A stretch of 64,000 nt of DNA from an uncultured Acidobacteriota bacterium (GTDB taxonomy: Bacteria > Acidobacteriota > Vicinamibacteria > Vicinamibacterales > UBA2999). Below, piece after piece: positions 1 to 8,966 of the stretch (its first letter is position 1; every line of letters begins with the position of its first letter). The DNA lies in NCBI GenBank assembly GCA_963841905.1, contig CAWJEM010000022.1, forward strand, positions 92,835 to 156,834, read 5' to 3'. Both the position numbers and the translations under genes were made by a program. A model generated the notes under the pieces. It was not told where the DNA came from. It ran no database searches and worked only from the letters and a program-made list of their open reading frames with translations.

Positions 1-1198
1 GCTTTCGGTGAGCATCTGACGTACGAGCCGTCCCCGCCGCGCGCCAAGCGCCCCACGCATCCCGACCTCTCGCGTGCGCGCGGCGCTCCGCGCGAGCAGC
101 AGATTCGCGACGTTGACGCAGGCCACCACGAGGACGAGCGCCACCGCACCCGCGAGCGTGAGCAGGGCGGGCCGAATCTCTCCGACCATCTGATCCTGCA
201 GGCGGAAGAGCATCACGGAGCGTCCCGCATTCCGCTGCGGTTCCTCCCGCTCGAGCGCGGCGTAGATCGCCCGCATCTCGGTGGAGGCGTCGTCGAACGA
301 CAGACCGTCACGCAGGCGCGCGATGGCGTACGAGCCCCCGCGCCCCAGGTACCGCGCGAAGCTGTTCCGTCGTGAGGCCATACGGCATCAGGAAATCGGC
401 GTGCTGCCCGGCGATCGTGAAGCGCGGCGGCATGATGCCGATCACCGTGCGGCGCTCTCCGTCCGTGGTCAGCGTCAGGTCGAGCACGTCGGGCCTGCCG
501 CCCAACGCTCGCTGCCAGAATTCGTGACTGAGCACCATCACGGAGGTGCCGCCGTCTTCCGCGGCGGTGTAGGCGCGTCCGCGTGCCGGCGCAACACCCA
601 AGGCGCGAAACACCTCGGACGAGGCACTGAGCCCGGCAATCTGGAGCGGCTCGCCATTCAGCGTGATGGCGACAGACCGCGACCCCACCATCGCGAGATG
701 CTCGAGGGTCTGAACGCGCTCTCGCCAGGCGACGAAGTTGGCTGGCGCGATCGAATTGCGATTGACGCCGCCGCGAGTCGTTTCCCAGACGGCCACGATT
801 CGCTCGGGCTCGCGATAGGGCAACGGCTCGAGCATCACCGTGCGGATCACACTGAACATCGCGGCGGTCGCGCCGACGCCGAGTGCGAGCGTCAGCAACG
901 CCGGAACCGTGAACCCTGGGGTGCGGAGGAACGACCGCACGCCGAACCGCAGATCCTGCACCACGCTATCGATGTGTGCTTCCCACCCGACATCGCGCAC
1001 GCGGTCTTTAATCGCCTCGACGCTGCCGACCTCGACGCGTGCCGTTCGCGTCGCCACTTCGCGCGGCAATCCCGAGGAGATCTTCTGTTCGATGGCCATG
1101 TCCAGATAGGCGCGCAGCTCCTCGTCGAGTTCGCGTTCGACGCGGTTTTTCCAAACGAGCGCACGAAGACCCGACACAAGGCGATTAAGACGCCTCAT
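1..1198 (-). pseudogene. ADOP-family (MacB/FtsX-like, duplicated) ABC permease; 3' end lies beyond the window; frame broken near 350-365
   Basis: From ATG 1196-1198 (ATGA overlap with the padR stop), ORF 308..1345 reads MRRLNRLVSGLRALVWKNRVERELDEELRAYLD...LALGVGATAAMFSVIRTVMLEPLPY, a canonical ADOP N-terminus, and stops at 308. My translation of another minus frame of 1..360 continues YLGRGGSYAIARLRDGLSFDDASTEMRAIYAALE...VACVNVANLLLARSAARTREVGMRGALGA (FtsX TM region). Confidence 0.85.
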
Positions 1199-1545
1199 CA
1201 CAGTTCCCCTGGTGCAGCTCTTAGAATGCGCGCGATGGCCGAAGTCTGCAGTTCCCAGTCGCGCGTCTCCCGTTTCAGACCGGCACGTCCCTCGGCGGTG
1301 AGCGTGTAGTACTTCGCGCGGCGATTGTTCTCGCTGGTCCGCCACTCACCGACAATCAGACCGTCACGCTCCAGGCGCCGCAGGGCTGGAAAAAGCGAGC
1401 CCGCGTTGACATGAAAGACGCCCCTGCTGATCTGCTCCAGGCGCACACCGATGCCGTAGCCGTGCATCGGCTCCAGCGCGAGCGTCTTGAGAATAAGCAT
1501 GTGCAGCGTTCCCTGCACGAGGTCCCGCTGTTCTCCTCTAGTCAA
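1198..1545 (-). CDS. PadR family transcriptional regulator
   Basis: 115 aa: LVQGTLHMLILKTLALEPMHGYGIGVRLEQISRGVFHVNAGSLFPALRRLERDGLIVGEWRTSENNRRAKYYTLTAEG is a typical PadR winged helix. TTG start. Its stop overlaps the permease ATG. Confidence 0.95.
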   Translation of the reverse strand: MTRGEQRDLVQGTLHMLILKTLALEPMHGYGIGVRLEQISRGVFHVNAGSLFPALRRLERDGLIVGEWRTSENNRRAKYYTLTAEGRAGLKRETRDWELQTSAIARILRAAPGEL

Positions 1546-1580
1546 TCTAGATGGGAAGCATATAATACTTCTCTAGATTG
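1543..1580. promoter_or_regulatory. Inverted repeat CAATCTAGA-N20-TCTAGATTG around a TATAAT hexamer; candidate PadR operator/promoter
   Basis: 9-bp perfect arms at 1543-1551 and 1572-1580, with TATAAT at 1561-1566. AT-rich island in GC-rich DNA directly upstream of (and overlapping) the padR start. Confidence 0.5.
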
Positions 1581-1642
1581 TCAAGAGGAGCGTTCCCGAC
1601 CGAGTCGTGTTGGTTTGGACCGCCACCGCCCACCGGCCAGTG

Positions 1643-2949
1643 TCAGGCACGAGTGAACAGCACGATGCGATTGGTGTTCGTGCCGCGGCGGTTGTTCGCC
1701 ACTCCCCAGATGTTCGCGGTCTTGGTAAACACCTGCTCATTCACCAGCACCGCGACCGGCGCCAACCCCGCGGCCAGGCCGGCAGGAACGACGATGTCCT
1801 CGAGGCGCAGGGTGCCGTTTCGCACTTCACCGACCTCGAACGCGACATACGCGCCAGGACTCAGCAGCCGCGCAATCTGTCGAAACGCGGCCTCGATGAA
1901 CCGGTGCCACGCGTCAACTGTTGCGTGAACGTTGATGCGCGCCGTTGGAGTCCACGCCGCAGAACCAGCAGCGCAGCCAGTTGTCGGCCGCGTAGTTGAC
2001 GACGTCCAGGAACGGCGGCGACGTGACCACCAACTGGACGCTTCCCGGGCGCCAGAACCGGCCGGTACACGATCCCGTGTGAAACCGGCTGCGCGACCCG
2101 AGGCGCGTCAGAGTCTGTCGCGTCGGTTCGTCGACGTCCGCGAGTAGCGACGCGCTCTTGCGATTGACGACGGCCCGCAAGTCCCGCCGCGGCGGCGTCT
2201 GGCGTCGCCGCGTATTGATCTTCAGCTGCGACGCGATGCTGACGGCCTGATTGGGTGGCAGGGTATAGACGGAAAGGAAACCCGTCGAGTGGCCGGTCAG
2301 GCGGTTGACAACGACCATCCGGATCCAGCGGTCGAGGTCGTCCATGCGGCCGTCCTGCTCACGTCCCATCAAGTAGGTACGGAGGGCGCAGATCTCGATC
2401 AGCGTCTCGGGATGGTAGAACGCCAGAAGTTCGTCGGGAACCTCGCTGGCGCGGGACAGGTCGAGGCGATCCAGGCGCGCGCGTACCTGATCACCCTGTG
2501 GCGGCCGCAGACGCGGGCCAGAGCAGGGCCTGAGCCAACGGGTTGATGTCACAGCCCGCGGGCACGCGGCCTCGGAGGGCCGCTTCGAGCAAGGTCGTAC
2601 CGCGTCCGGCAAAGGGGTCGTAGACGGTGTCGCCGGGACTGGTCAGCCGATCGATGAAGAACGCCGGCAGCTGCGGCTTGAAACAGGCCCGATACGAGAT
2701 CTCGTGCAGGCTGTTCGCGGCACGCTGACGGCTGGTCCAGTACTCATTCGTGAAAACCGGTACGCTCACCCCCGCCGTTACGTGTGCGCTAATCCGCGTC
2801 CGTCGTCTCTTCCACTTGAAGTCCGCCAGCGCTCCGAGCACATGGTCTGGTGAAACGCCACCGCGACTGGTCGGCGTTGATACGGGCTGCGGTTGCGGAA
2901 GCGACATGCTTGCGACGTCGATTGTAACAACGTCGGTGAGCGGTCCCAT
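1643..2949 (-). pseudogene. DNA methyltransferase (N4/N6 family; motif I DPFAGRGTT precedes motif IV TSPPF), split over three frames
   Basis: ORF 2491..3099 gives ...NEYWTSRQRAANSLHEISYRACFKPQLPAFFIDRLTSPGDTVYDPFAGRGTTLLEAALRGRVPAGCDINPLAQ. ORF 1914..2612 gives RLRPPQGDQVRARLDRL...VQLVVTSPPFLDVVNYAADNWLRCWF. ORF 1643..1825 plus my upstream translation gives INVHATVDAWHRFIEAAFRQIARLLSPGAYVAFEVGEVRNGTLRLEDIV...NEQVFTKTANIWGVANNRRGTNTNRIVLF. Frame breaks near 2510 and 1950. Start at ATG 2949 or 2907. Confidence 0.8.
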
Positions 2950-2979
2950 GCCGATTAGACTGGTCGGTGGAGAATCGCC

Positions 2980-3297
2980 GTGCCTCAAGCCGTCATCGTC
3001 CTCACTACGTTTCCCTCCGACGGGGATGCCGACGCGCTCGCGCGCAGCCTGGTGTCGGAGCGACTCGCCGCCTGCGTCAACATCCTGCCGCAGATGCACT
3101 CCATCTATCGATGGGAAGGCGCGGTCGAGACGGCGTCTGAGCGACAGCTAATCATCAAGACCGAAGAGTCTCAGCTCGAGTCGCTCAAGAAGCGGCTGAC
3201 CGCACTGCACCCGTACGACGTGCCAGAGATGTTGGTTCTCGCGGTCGCTGATGGCGGGGTCAGCTATTTGCAGTGGATCTCGGACTCGGTCGGATAG
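2980..3297 (+). CDS. cutA: Divalent-cation tolerance protein CutA
   Basis: 105 aa, VIVLTTFPSDGDADALARSLVSERLAACVNILPQMHSIYRWEGAVETASERQLIIKT...LHPYDVPEMLVL. GTG start preceded by GGTGGAGA. Confidence 0.9.
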   Translation: MPQAVIVLTTFPSDGDADALARSLVSERLAACVNILPQMHSIYRWEGAVETASERQLIIKTEESQLESLKKRLTALHPYDVPEMLVLAVADGGVSYLQWISDSVG

Positions 3298-3300
3298 ATC

Positions 3301-3383
3301 CAGCACCCACGGCACCCGCGCACCTTGAGCACAGTTGGCACCAGCACCCAGGCACCCGAGGCAGCTGAGGCACGTAAGGCACC
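3301..3383. repeat. Degenerate direct repeats of GGCACC(C)/AGCACCC
   Basis: cagcaccc acggcaccc gcgcacc ... ggcacc agcaccc aggcaccc ... aaggcacc fills the gap between convergent cutA and the PLP enzyme gene. I found no complementary arm. Confidence 0.8.
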
Positions 3384-3386
3384 TTG

Positions 3387-4538
3387 CTACGCGAGCGCCT
3401 GGTCCACATCCTCCTTGAGATCCTCGATGTCCTCGATGCCCACCGAGATGCGAATCATCCCGTCGGTGATGCCGATGGCGCCGCGACGCTCGGGCGGGAC
3501 GGAGGCGTGGGTCATGATGGCCGGGTGCGAAATGAGGGTTTCGACGCCGCCGAGGCTCTCGGCGAGTGACATCAGCTTGAAACGAGGCAGCACCGTTCTG
3601 GCGGCGTCGATCGACCCCACGTCGAACGTGATCAGGCCGCCGAATCCCCGCATCTGCTTTTTCGCCAGGCCGTGGTGCGGGTGATCGGGAAGACCCGGAT
3701 AGATCACGGATTTCACCTTGGGGTGCTTCGCCAGATGTTCCGCGAGCGCCTGGGCATTGGCGTTGGTGCGCTCAATCCGGATCGGCAAGGTCTTGGTGCC
3801 GCGCAGCACCAACCATGAATCCATCGGTCCCAGAATCGCGCCGGCGGCGTTCTGAACGAATTTCATCCACTCCACGTCATCGGCATGCTTCAGCACGTTG
3901 ATGCCGCCGACGCTGTCGCTGTGCCCGTTCAGGAACTTGGTGGTGCTGTGAGTGACGAGGTCGGCGCCGAGCTCGAGCGGGCGCTGAATGTACGGGCTCG
4001 CGAACGTGTTGTCGACGATGACGCGGACACCATGGCGATGCGCAATGGCGCAGGCGGCCGGGAGGTCGGTAATCCGAAGCATCGGATTGGTTGGTGTTTC
4101 GATGAACAAATACCTGGTCTTCTTGGTAATTGCCGGCTCGATCAAGTCGAGGCGCGAGGTATCCACGTAGGTGAAGTCGAGGCCGAACTTGCGGCGCACC
4201 CGTTCGAAGAGACGGAAGGTGCCGCCGTAGGTGTTGTCGCTGACCACGAGATGGTCACCGGCTTCGAGCCTGGTCAGGATGGCATCAATCGCGGCCATGC
4301 CCGAGGCGAAGGCAAACGCGGCGGCGCCCGACTCGATCGCTGCCAGGTTTGCTTCGAGCGCCATGCGAGTGGGGTTCTGGGTGCGGCCGTACTCGAACCC
4401 TTTATGCTGCCCGAGACCCTCCTGCACGTAGGTCGAGGTTTGATAAATCGGGGTGATGATGGCGCCGGTCGTCGGATCGGGTACCTGACCGGCATGAATG
4501 CACACGGTGTTGAAGCGCGCGGTGTCCTTGAGTTTCAC
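3387..4538 (-). CDS. Cys/Met-metabolism PLP-dependent enzyme (cystathionine gamma-lyase / gamma-synthase family)
   Basis: FNTVCIHAGQ...YQTSTY...GFEYGRTQNPTR...THSTTKFLNGHSD...ESLGGVETLISHPAIMTHASVP. Likely GTG start at 4538 behind AAGAGGGA; the track ORF extends to 4640. Confidence 0.9.
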   Translation of the reverse strand: MKLKDTARFNTVCIHAGQVPDPTTGAIITPIYQTSTYVQEGLGQHKGFEYGRTQNPTRMALEANLAAIESGAAAFAFASGMAAIDAILTRLEAGDHLVVSDNTYGGTFRLFERVRRKFGLDFTYVDTSRLDLIEPAITKKTRYLFIETPTNPMLRITDLPAACAIAHRHGVRVIVDNTFASPYIQRPLELGADLVTHSTTKFLNGHSDSVGGINVLKHADDVEWMKFVQNAAGAILGPMDSWLVLRGTKTLPIRIERTNANAQALAEHLAKHPKVKSVIYPGLPDHPHHGLAKKQMRGFGGLITFDVGSIDAARTVLPRFKLMSLAESLGGVETLISHPAIMTHASVPPERRGAIGITDGMIRISVGIEDIEDLKEDVDQALA

Positions 4539-4606
4539 GGTCCCTCTTTTTACTCTGTTATCATTTTGCGAGCAATTCAGCCGCCGCCAATAACGCCTTC
4601 CATGAG

Positions 4607-6769
4607 ATGACGTCCACCCGTCTGACGCTGCCCGGTGCAACGCCGTCCCGCGCGCAGCTGTGGCGGCGCCAACTGTTCGGCAGTGTTCCTGGACGCGCCG
4701 CGTTGATTGGTGCGGCCGTCAAGGCGGTCACCACAATCCTCGGGTGGATCACGCCGGGCGCGTCGGTGGTGGAGGCCCTCGACGCCTTTGGCAGCCTTGC
4801 CCTGCTGTTTGCCGGTGGCTACGCGCTGACCCGCGGCATCATCTGGGCCAAGCGCCGGTTGTTGTGGCGGGTGCGCCGCAAACTCATCCTCTCGTACATC
4901 TTCGTTGGGTTGGTGCCCGGCCTGTTGATCATCGCGTTCTTTCTGATCGCTGGCCTGATCCTCTTTTTCAACGTCAGCACCTACTTGCTGCAGTCGCGGG
5001 TGCGAACGCTGGTCGACCAGGCGGACTTCCTCGCCGAGTCGGTGGCGCTGCAAGCCGCGCACGGCGACCCGGTCGATACGCTCCGCCGGACGCTCGTGCG
5101 GCGGCAGGCGAGCGCCGCTGAACGCTTCCCGTACACCTCGATTGCCATCGTGCCGGTGGAGAAGCTCCAATGCCCCTCCGAGGGTCTAACCAACGTCACG
5201 GTGCCACCGGTTCAGCCGATGACTGTCGGGCCGTGGCAGCACCTCGATCCGCCCGCTCGGGTGCCAGGGTGGGTTCCGTGTGATGGGTTCACTGGAATCA
5301 TCGCTTACGAAGGGTCCAACGGCCAGTCGATGGAAACGCGGCTGGTCATGCGGGCGGTTGCGCTGCCACAAAGCGCCTCGCCCCAGTGGGCGGTCATCGT
5401 CGATCTGCCGTTCACGGTGACGATCGAGGAGCGCTTGCGCGAGGAAACGGGCATCCGTCTGGGGGCAGCCACGGCCCTCCCGTCACAAGACGCGCGCATC
5501 GCGATCCCGCGTGGCCGGCTGCTCGAGAATCGACTCAACCCCGAAGCCGATGCGACTTCCGCGTTTGGTGAAGGCTGGGTGGCGTTCTTCGACGTTCGCG
5601 ACTGGGCGAGGGGCGCCACCTACTTCGCCACCATCGCTATCCAACTGAATGTTCGGGAAATCTATGACCGGATGACTGCCCTTTCCGCGCAGCGGCAGTT
5701 CGGCCAGCTTCTGCTCTTGACGCTGGCGTTTCTCGGCGTGCTGTTCCTGACCATCCAGTTCGTCGCCTTCGTCATTGGATTCGTGCTGGCGCGACAGATT
5801 ACCGGCGCGGTTCACGATCTGTTCACCGGGACCGAGCACCTGCGGAATCGGAACTTCATGCACCAGATTCCGGTACGCGCGCGCGACCAGCTCGGCGAGC
5901 TGGCCGAATCGTTCAACGTCATGACGGGGGAGGTGACCAAGCTCCTCAAGGAGAACGCTGACAAGGCGCGGATGGAGCAGGAGATGCTCGCCGCCCGTGA
6001 GATTCAGCAGAGGCTGCTCCCGTCGGGTCCGCTGAGCGTGCCGGGGCTTTCGATCATGGCGTTCTGCGAACCGGCACGCGAAGTGGCAGGCGATTACTAC
6101 GACTTCCTCCATATCTCGGACACGAAGCTCGGCGTGCTGATCGCCGACGTGTCGGGGAAGGGTCTGCCGGCTGGCCTCTACATGGCGCAGCTCAAGGTGC
6201 TGGTCCATTTGCTGGCGCGCACGCATCCATCGCCACGCGACTTCCTCAAGGCAATCAACCGTGTGGTTGCCGACAACATCGACTCGAAGAGTTTCATCAC
6301 CATGTCGTACGCCGTGCTCGATCTCGAACGCGGCGATATAGTGTTGGCGCGCGCCGGACACTGTCCCTTGATTCGCATCCCGGGCATCGCGCCGGCTGGA
6401 CTCCGCAAGGCCGAGGTCCATGCGCCTGATGGGCTCGTCCTGGGCTTGAAGATCGACAGCGGCGAGATGTTCGATGCGATGATTCAGGAGGTCTCTATCC
6501 CGCTGGCGGCCGATGACCTGATCGTCTTTTTCACCGACGGTATCAGCGAGACCATGAACGACGCGTTCGATTGTTACGGTGAGCCGCGGCTAGCCAAGGT
6601 GCTCGAACAGTACGCGCACCTGCCGTTCGAGCAGCTGCGGTCCTTCATCTTCGCCGATCTCCGGTCCTTCTCTGGAGAGGCGGATCAACATGACGACATG
6701 ACGATGATCCTGCTCAAAGTCGATTCGTCGATGGTGAGCCGACCGGTCGACCACGTGGCGCCAGTCTAG
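4607..6769 (+). CDS. Membrane-bound HAMP-domain PP2C/SpoIIE-family serine phosphatase
   Basis: 720 aa with N-terminal TM segments, a second TM followed by a HAMP-like region (ARQITGAVHDLFTGTEHLRNRNFMHQIPVRARDQLGELAESFNVM), then AREIQQRLLP...EVAGDYYDF...IADVSGKGLPAGLYM...FFTDGISE...DDMTMILLKV. Confidence 0.9.
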   Translation: MTSTRLTLPGATPSRAQLWRRQLFGSVPGRAALIGAAVKAVTTILGWITPGASVVEALDAFGSLALLFAGGYALTRGIIWAKRRLLWRVRRKLILSYIFVGLVPGLLIIAFFLIAGLILFFNVSTYLLQSRVRTLVDQADFLAESVALQAAHGDPVDTLRRTLVRRQASAAERFPYTSIAIVPVEKLQCPSEGLTNVTVPPVQPMTVGPWQHLDPPARVPGWVPCDGFTGIIAYEGSNGQSMETRLVMRAVALPQSASPQWAVIVDLPFTVTIEERLREETGIRLGAATALPSQDARIAIPRGRLLENRLNPEADATSAFGEGWVAFFDVRDWARGATYFATIAIQLNVREIYDRMTALSAQRQFGQLLLLTLAFLGVLFLTIQFVAFVIGFVLARQITGAVHDLFTGTEHLRNRNFMHQIPVRARDQLGELAESFNVMTGEVTKLLKENADKARMEQEMLAAREIQQRLLPSGPLSVPGLSIMAFCEPAREVAGDYYDFLHISDTKLGVLIADVSGKGLPAGLYMAQLKVLVHLLARTHPSPRDFLKAINRVVADNIDSKSFITMSYAVLDLERGDIVLARAGHCPLIRIPGIAPAGLRKAEVHAPDGLVLGLKIDSGEMFDAMIQEVSIPLAADDLIVFFTDGISETMNDAFDCYGEPRLAKVLEQYAHLPFEQLRSFIFADLRSFSGEADQHDDMTMILLKVDSSMVSRPVDHVAPV

Positions 6770-6772
6770 ACC

Positions 6773-7729
6773 ATGCCAGAACTGACGGTCATCTTTCGCA
6801 CCGCGTCCAACATCGAGGCCAGCATCGTGCAGGCCCTGCTCGACAGCCACGGCATCGAGTCGGTGCGCACCTCGGGTCCGCCGGCGTCGCTGTTTCCCTT
6901 CACCGTCAACCCGATGGGCGAGACGTGCGTCTCAGTGCGGGAAGACGACGGACCCGAGGCGGTGCGGATTATCGAGAGCCATCGCGAAGAGGTGAGTGGC
7001 GGTTTGGTGGTACCGCTCCCGCAGCAATTTGCCGCGCTCGAGCTGCGAATCGGGTATCGCTTTCGCGATCGCGGGCTGCTCGAACACGCTCTCACTCACA
7101 AGTCCAAGGCGCATGAAGATCCAAGCGGGGGAGTGATGGACAACGAGTCGCTCGAATTCCTGGGCGACGCGGTCCTGGGGTTGGTGATAGCCGACGCGCT
7201 GTGCCGGGTCTTCCCGCGGTCCACCGAAGGTCAGAAGTCGAAGATCAAGGCCACGATGGTGTCCACCGCGTCGCTGGCGGAGCTCGCGGAACGCTTGCAG
7301 CTCGGCGACCACATGATTCTGGGTCGCGGCGAGGAAAAGACCGGGGGGCGCCGCAAGCAGGCGCTGCTGGCCGACACCTGCGAGGCGCTCATCGCCGCGA
7401 TTTACATCGACGGGGGACTCGAACCGGCGCGTCAGTTCCTGATGCGCGAGATGGGCGAGGCGGTCGAAGCCGCTGGCCAACCCGACTACCTGGGCCGCGA
7501 CCACAAGTCGCGGCTACAGGAAGTGCTCCAGGCGCTTGGGCGTCCGCTCCCGATCTACCGCATCGCTGGTGAAGCAGGCCCCGAACACCGCAAGATGTTT
7601 CACGTCGAGGTCGTCGTGTCGGGCGAAGTCATCGCGCAGGGCGTTGGCCGCACCAAGAAGGACGCGGAGCAGGAAGCCGCGAAAACGGCCCTGCTCGGGC
7701 TGACGGGCAACGCTAACGACGCGGAGTGA
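6773..7729 (+). CDS. rnc: Ribonuclease III with an N-terminal DUF2007-like extension of about 85 aa
   Basis: C-terminal 230 aa: GYRFRDRGLLEHALTHKS...NESLEFLGDAVLGLVIAD...DTCEALIAAIYIDGG...KSRLQEVLQ...GPEHRKMFHVEVVV...GRTKKDAEQEAAKTAL. The N-terminus LTVIFRTASNIEASIVQALLDSHGIESV...CVSVREDDGPEAVRIIESH resembles DUF2007. Confidence 0.9.
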   Translation: MPELTVIFRTASNIEASIVQALLDSHGIESVRTSGPPASLFPFTVNPMGETCVSVREDDGPEAVRIIESHREEVSGGLVVPLPQQFAALELRIGYRFRDRGLLEHALTHKSKAHEDPSGGVMDNESLEFLGDAVLGLVIADALCRVFPRSTEGQKSKIKATMVSTASLAELAERLQLGDHMILGRGEEKTGGRRKQALLADTCEALIAAIYIDGGLEPARQFLMREMGEAVEAAGQPDYLGRDHKSRLQEVLQALGRPLPIYRIAGEAGPEHRKMFHVEVVVSGEVIAQGVGRTKKDAEQEAAKTALLGLTGNANDAE

Positions 7730-7736
7730 TTCGCAA

Positions 7737-7826
7737 CAGTTACAAGTTACAAGTTACGAGTTACAAGTTTGAGTTGTCAGTTTCAAGCGCTTTGAACCTG
7801 TAACTTGGAACTTGTAACTTGTAACT
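7737..7826. repeat. Heptamer array hairpin: (GTTACAA)n left arm, (TTGTAAC)n right arm
   Basis: gttacaa gttacaa gttacga gttacaa gtttgag... cgc ...ctgtaac ttggaac ttgtaac ttgtaac, between convergent rnc (stop 7729) and the ATPase gene (stop 7842). Confidence 0.9.
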
Positions 7827-7841
7827 ATCTCGAACCTCCCC

Positions 7842-8966
7842 TCAATCAATCTCGATAATGCCCCACCCTTTGCGTTCGGCGCCGGCGGTGACCATGGCGA
7901 GTGAGGGTTCTGGCTGCGGGAGGCGCGAGAGCGCGTAATTTTGAACCTCGCGCGCGACCTCGTCGACTCCGGGCGGGACGGGGCGGCAGTGGAGACGGAC
8001 CCACAGACGGAGCAGCGGGTCCGAGAAGCTGTATCGCTTTTGCCGCGACACGACGAGGTCGACGTCCTCCAGCCACGAGAGGTAGTCCTTGGTCGAACCC
8101 GGTGTGCGCTGCAGGCGCAGCGCGATCTCGGTCAGTGTCAGCGGTTCTTCCTCGGCGAGGATTTCCAGGATCGCTTTGAGCGCCCCGTAGCCGCGCGCGC
8201 GATGCAGGCGAATCTCGTAGCGATAGCCACACCATGCGGTGAGCGCGCCGTCCGAGGTCAGCAGGGCGGTGAGCGCAGAGATGGGATCGCCGGCCCGGCC
8301 GCTGACGCCGGCACTGGCTTCGCTGATCGCGTGCACGTAGGCAGCGCGGCCATCGGCCAGCGCTTGAATCGTTCGACTGAGGAACTCGCGATCCTCAACG
8401 CCCGCTTCGCCCATCGGCGGCAGCATGGCGGTCACTTCGCTCGGTGAAAGCGCCGGCAGATGAATCACCTCGAATCGGGGCGAGCCATCGCGCAAGAGGC
8501 GATGCGCACGGGCCACGTAGCGTGAGGTCAGGACGAACCGGTTGCCGCTCTCCGCCAGCGCCTGCAGCAGTTCGCGCAGCACGTGGCGCAGCCCGGGGAA
8601 GCTCTCGAACGTCCGCAGCTCGAGGACCTCGTCCAGCAGGATGGTGGCCGGGCGATTGGCACTCGTGGCATGCGACAAGTAGGACAGCGTGAGCTCGAAC
8701 GCCTCGCGCGCCGAGCGCGGACTCTCGGCGGCGAGGAGTGGAAACGGCGACACGGCCGTGACGGCGCGGAAGAAGCGCTCCGGGGTGCTGGCGGAGCGTT
8801 CGACATCGATGTACTGGCACTGGTCGCCGCCCAAGCGCTCGGCCAGTGAGTGCATCGCCGTGGTTCGACCCGTACCGCACCCACCCAGAACGACCGGAAT
8901 GCGAGGCGGCGTGGCCTCGAGTGCGGAGATGAGCCGCCGCTCGAGCCCGGCATGAGGCGCCATCAT
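7842..8966 (-). CDS. ATP-binding protein (archaeal-type AAA ATPase/DUF234-like) with a C-terminal winged-helix region
   Basis: 374 aa. The P-loop [17 protein letters not shown] has Arg where the Walker A Lys is usual. Walker B-like ATILLDEV. C-terminal [38 protein letters not shown] overlap with the hutU stop. Confidence 0.6.
   Translation of the reverse strand: MMAPHAGLERRLISALEATPPRIPVVLGGCGTGRTTAMHSLAERLGGDQCQYIDVERSASTPERFFRAVTAVSPFPLLAAESPRSAREAFELTLSYLSHATSANRPATILLDEVLELRTFESFPGLRHVLRELLQALAESGNRFVLTSRYVARAHRLLRDGSPRFEVIHLPALSPSEVTAMLPPMGEAGVEDREFLSRTIQALADGRAAYVHAISEASAGVSGRAGDPISALTALLTSDGALTAWCGYRYEIRLHRARGYGALKAILEILAEEEPLTLTEIALRLQRTPGSTKDYLSWLEDVDLVVSRQKRYSFSDPLLRLWVRLHCRPVPPGVDEVAREVQNYALSRLPQPEPSLAMVTAGAERKGWGIIEID

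Noticed and set aside
281-1309. Long ORFs antisense to, or out of frame with, recognised genes. Examples: 281..1309(+), 5483..6421(-), 12425..13213(-), 17850..18935(-), 19867..20718(-), 28433..29809(-), 30235..31329(-), 31566..32783(-), 33288..34883(-), 36356..37693(-), 37781..39142(-), 44934..45923(-), 54148..55476(-).
   Set aside because: They have Arg/Pro/Gly/Ala-rich low-complexity translations and no recognisable motifs. Each fully overlaps a gene with clear family signatures on the other strand or frame. These are typical shadow ORFs of high-GC DNA.
1643-3099. A complete restriction-modification system around the methyltransferase
   Set aside because: The flanking ORFs are cutA and padR-permease. 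No endonuclease-like or specificity-subunit ORF is present on either strand.
4539-4640. Upstream extension of the cystathionine-lyase-family ORF
   Set aside because: The extension overlaps the divergent phosphatase gene start and lacks conservation. GTG 4538 has a good RBS.
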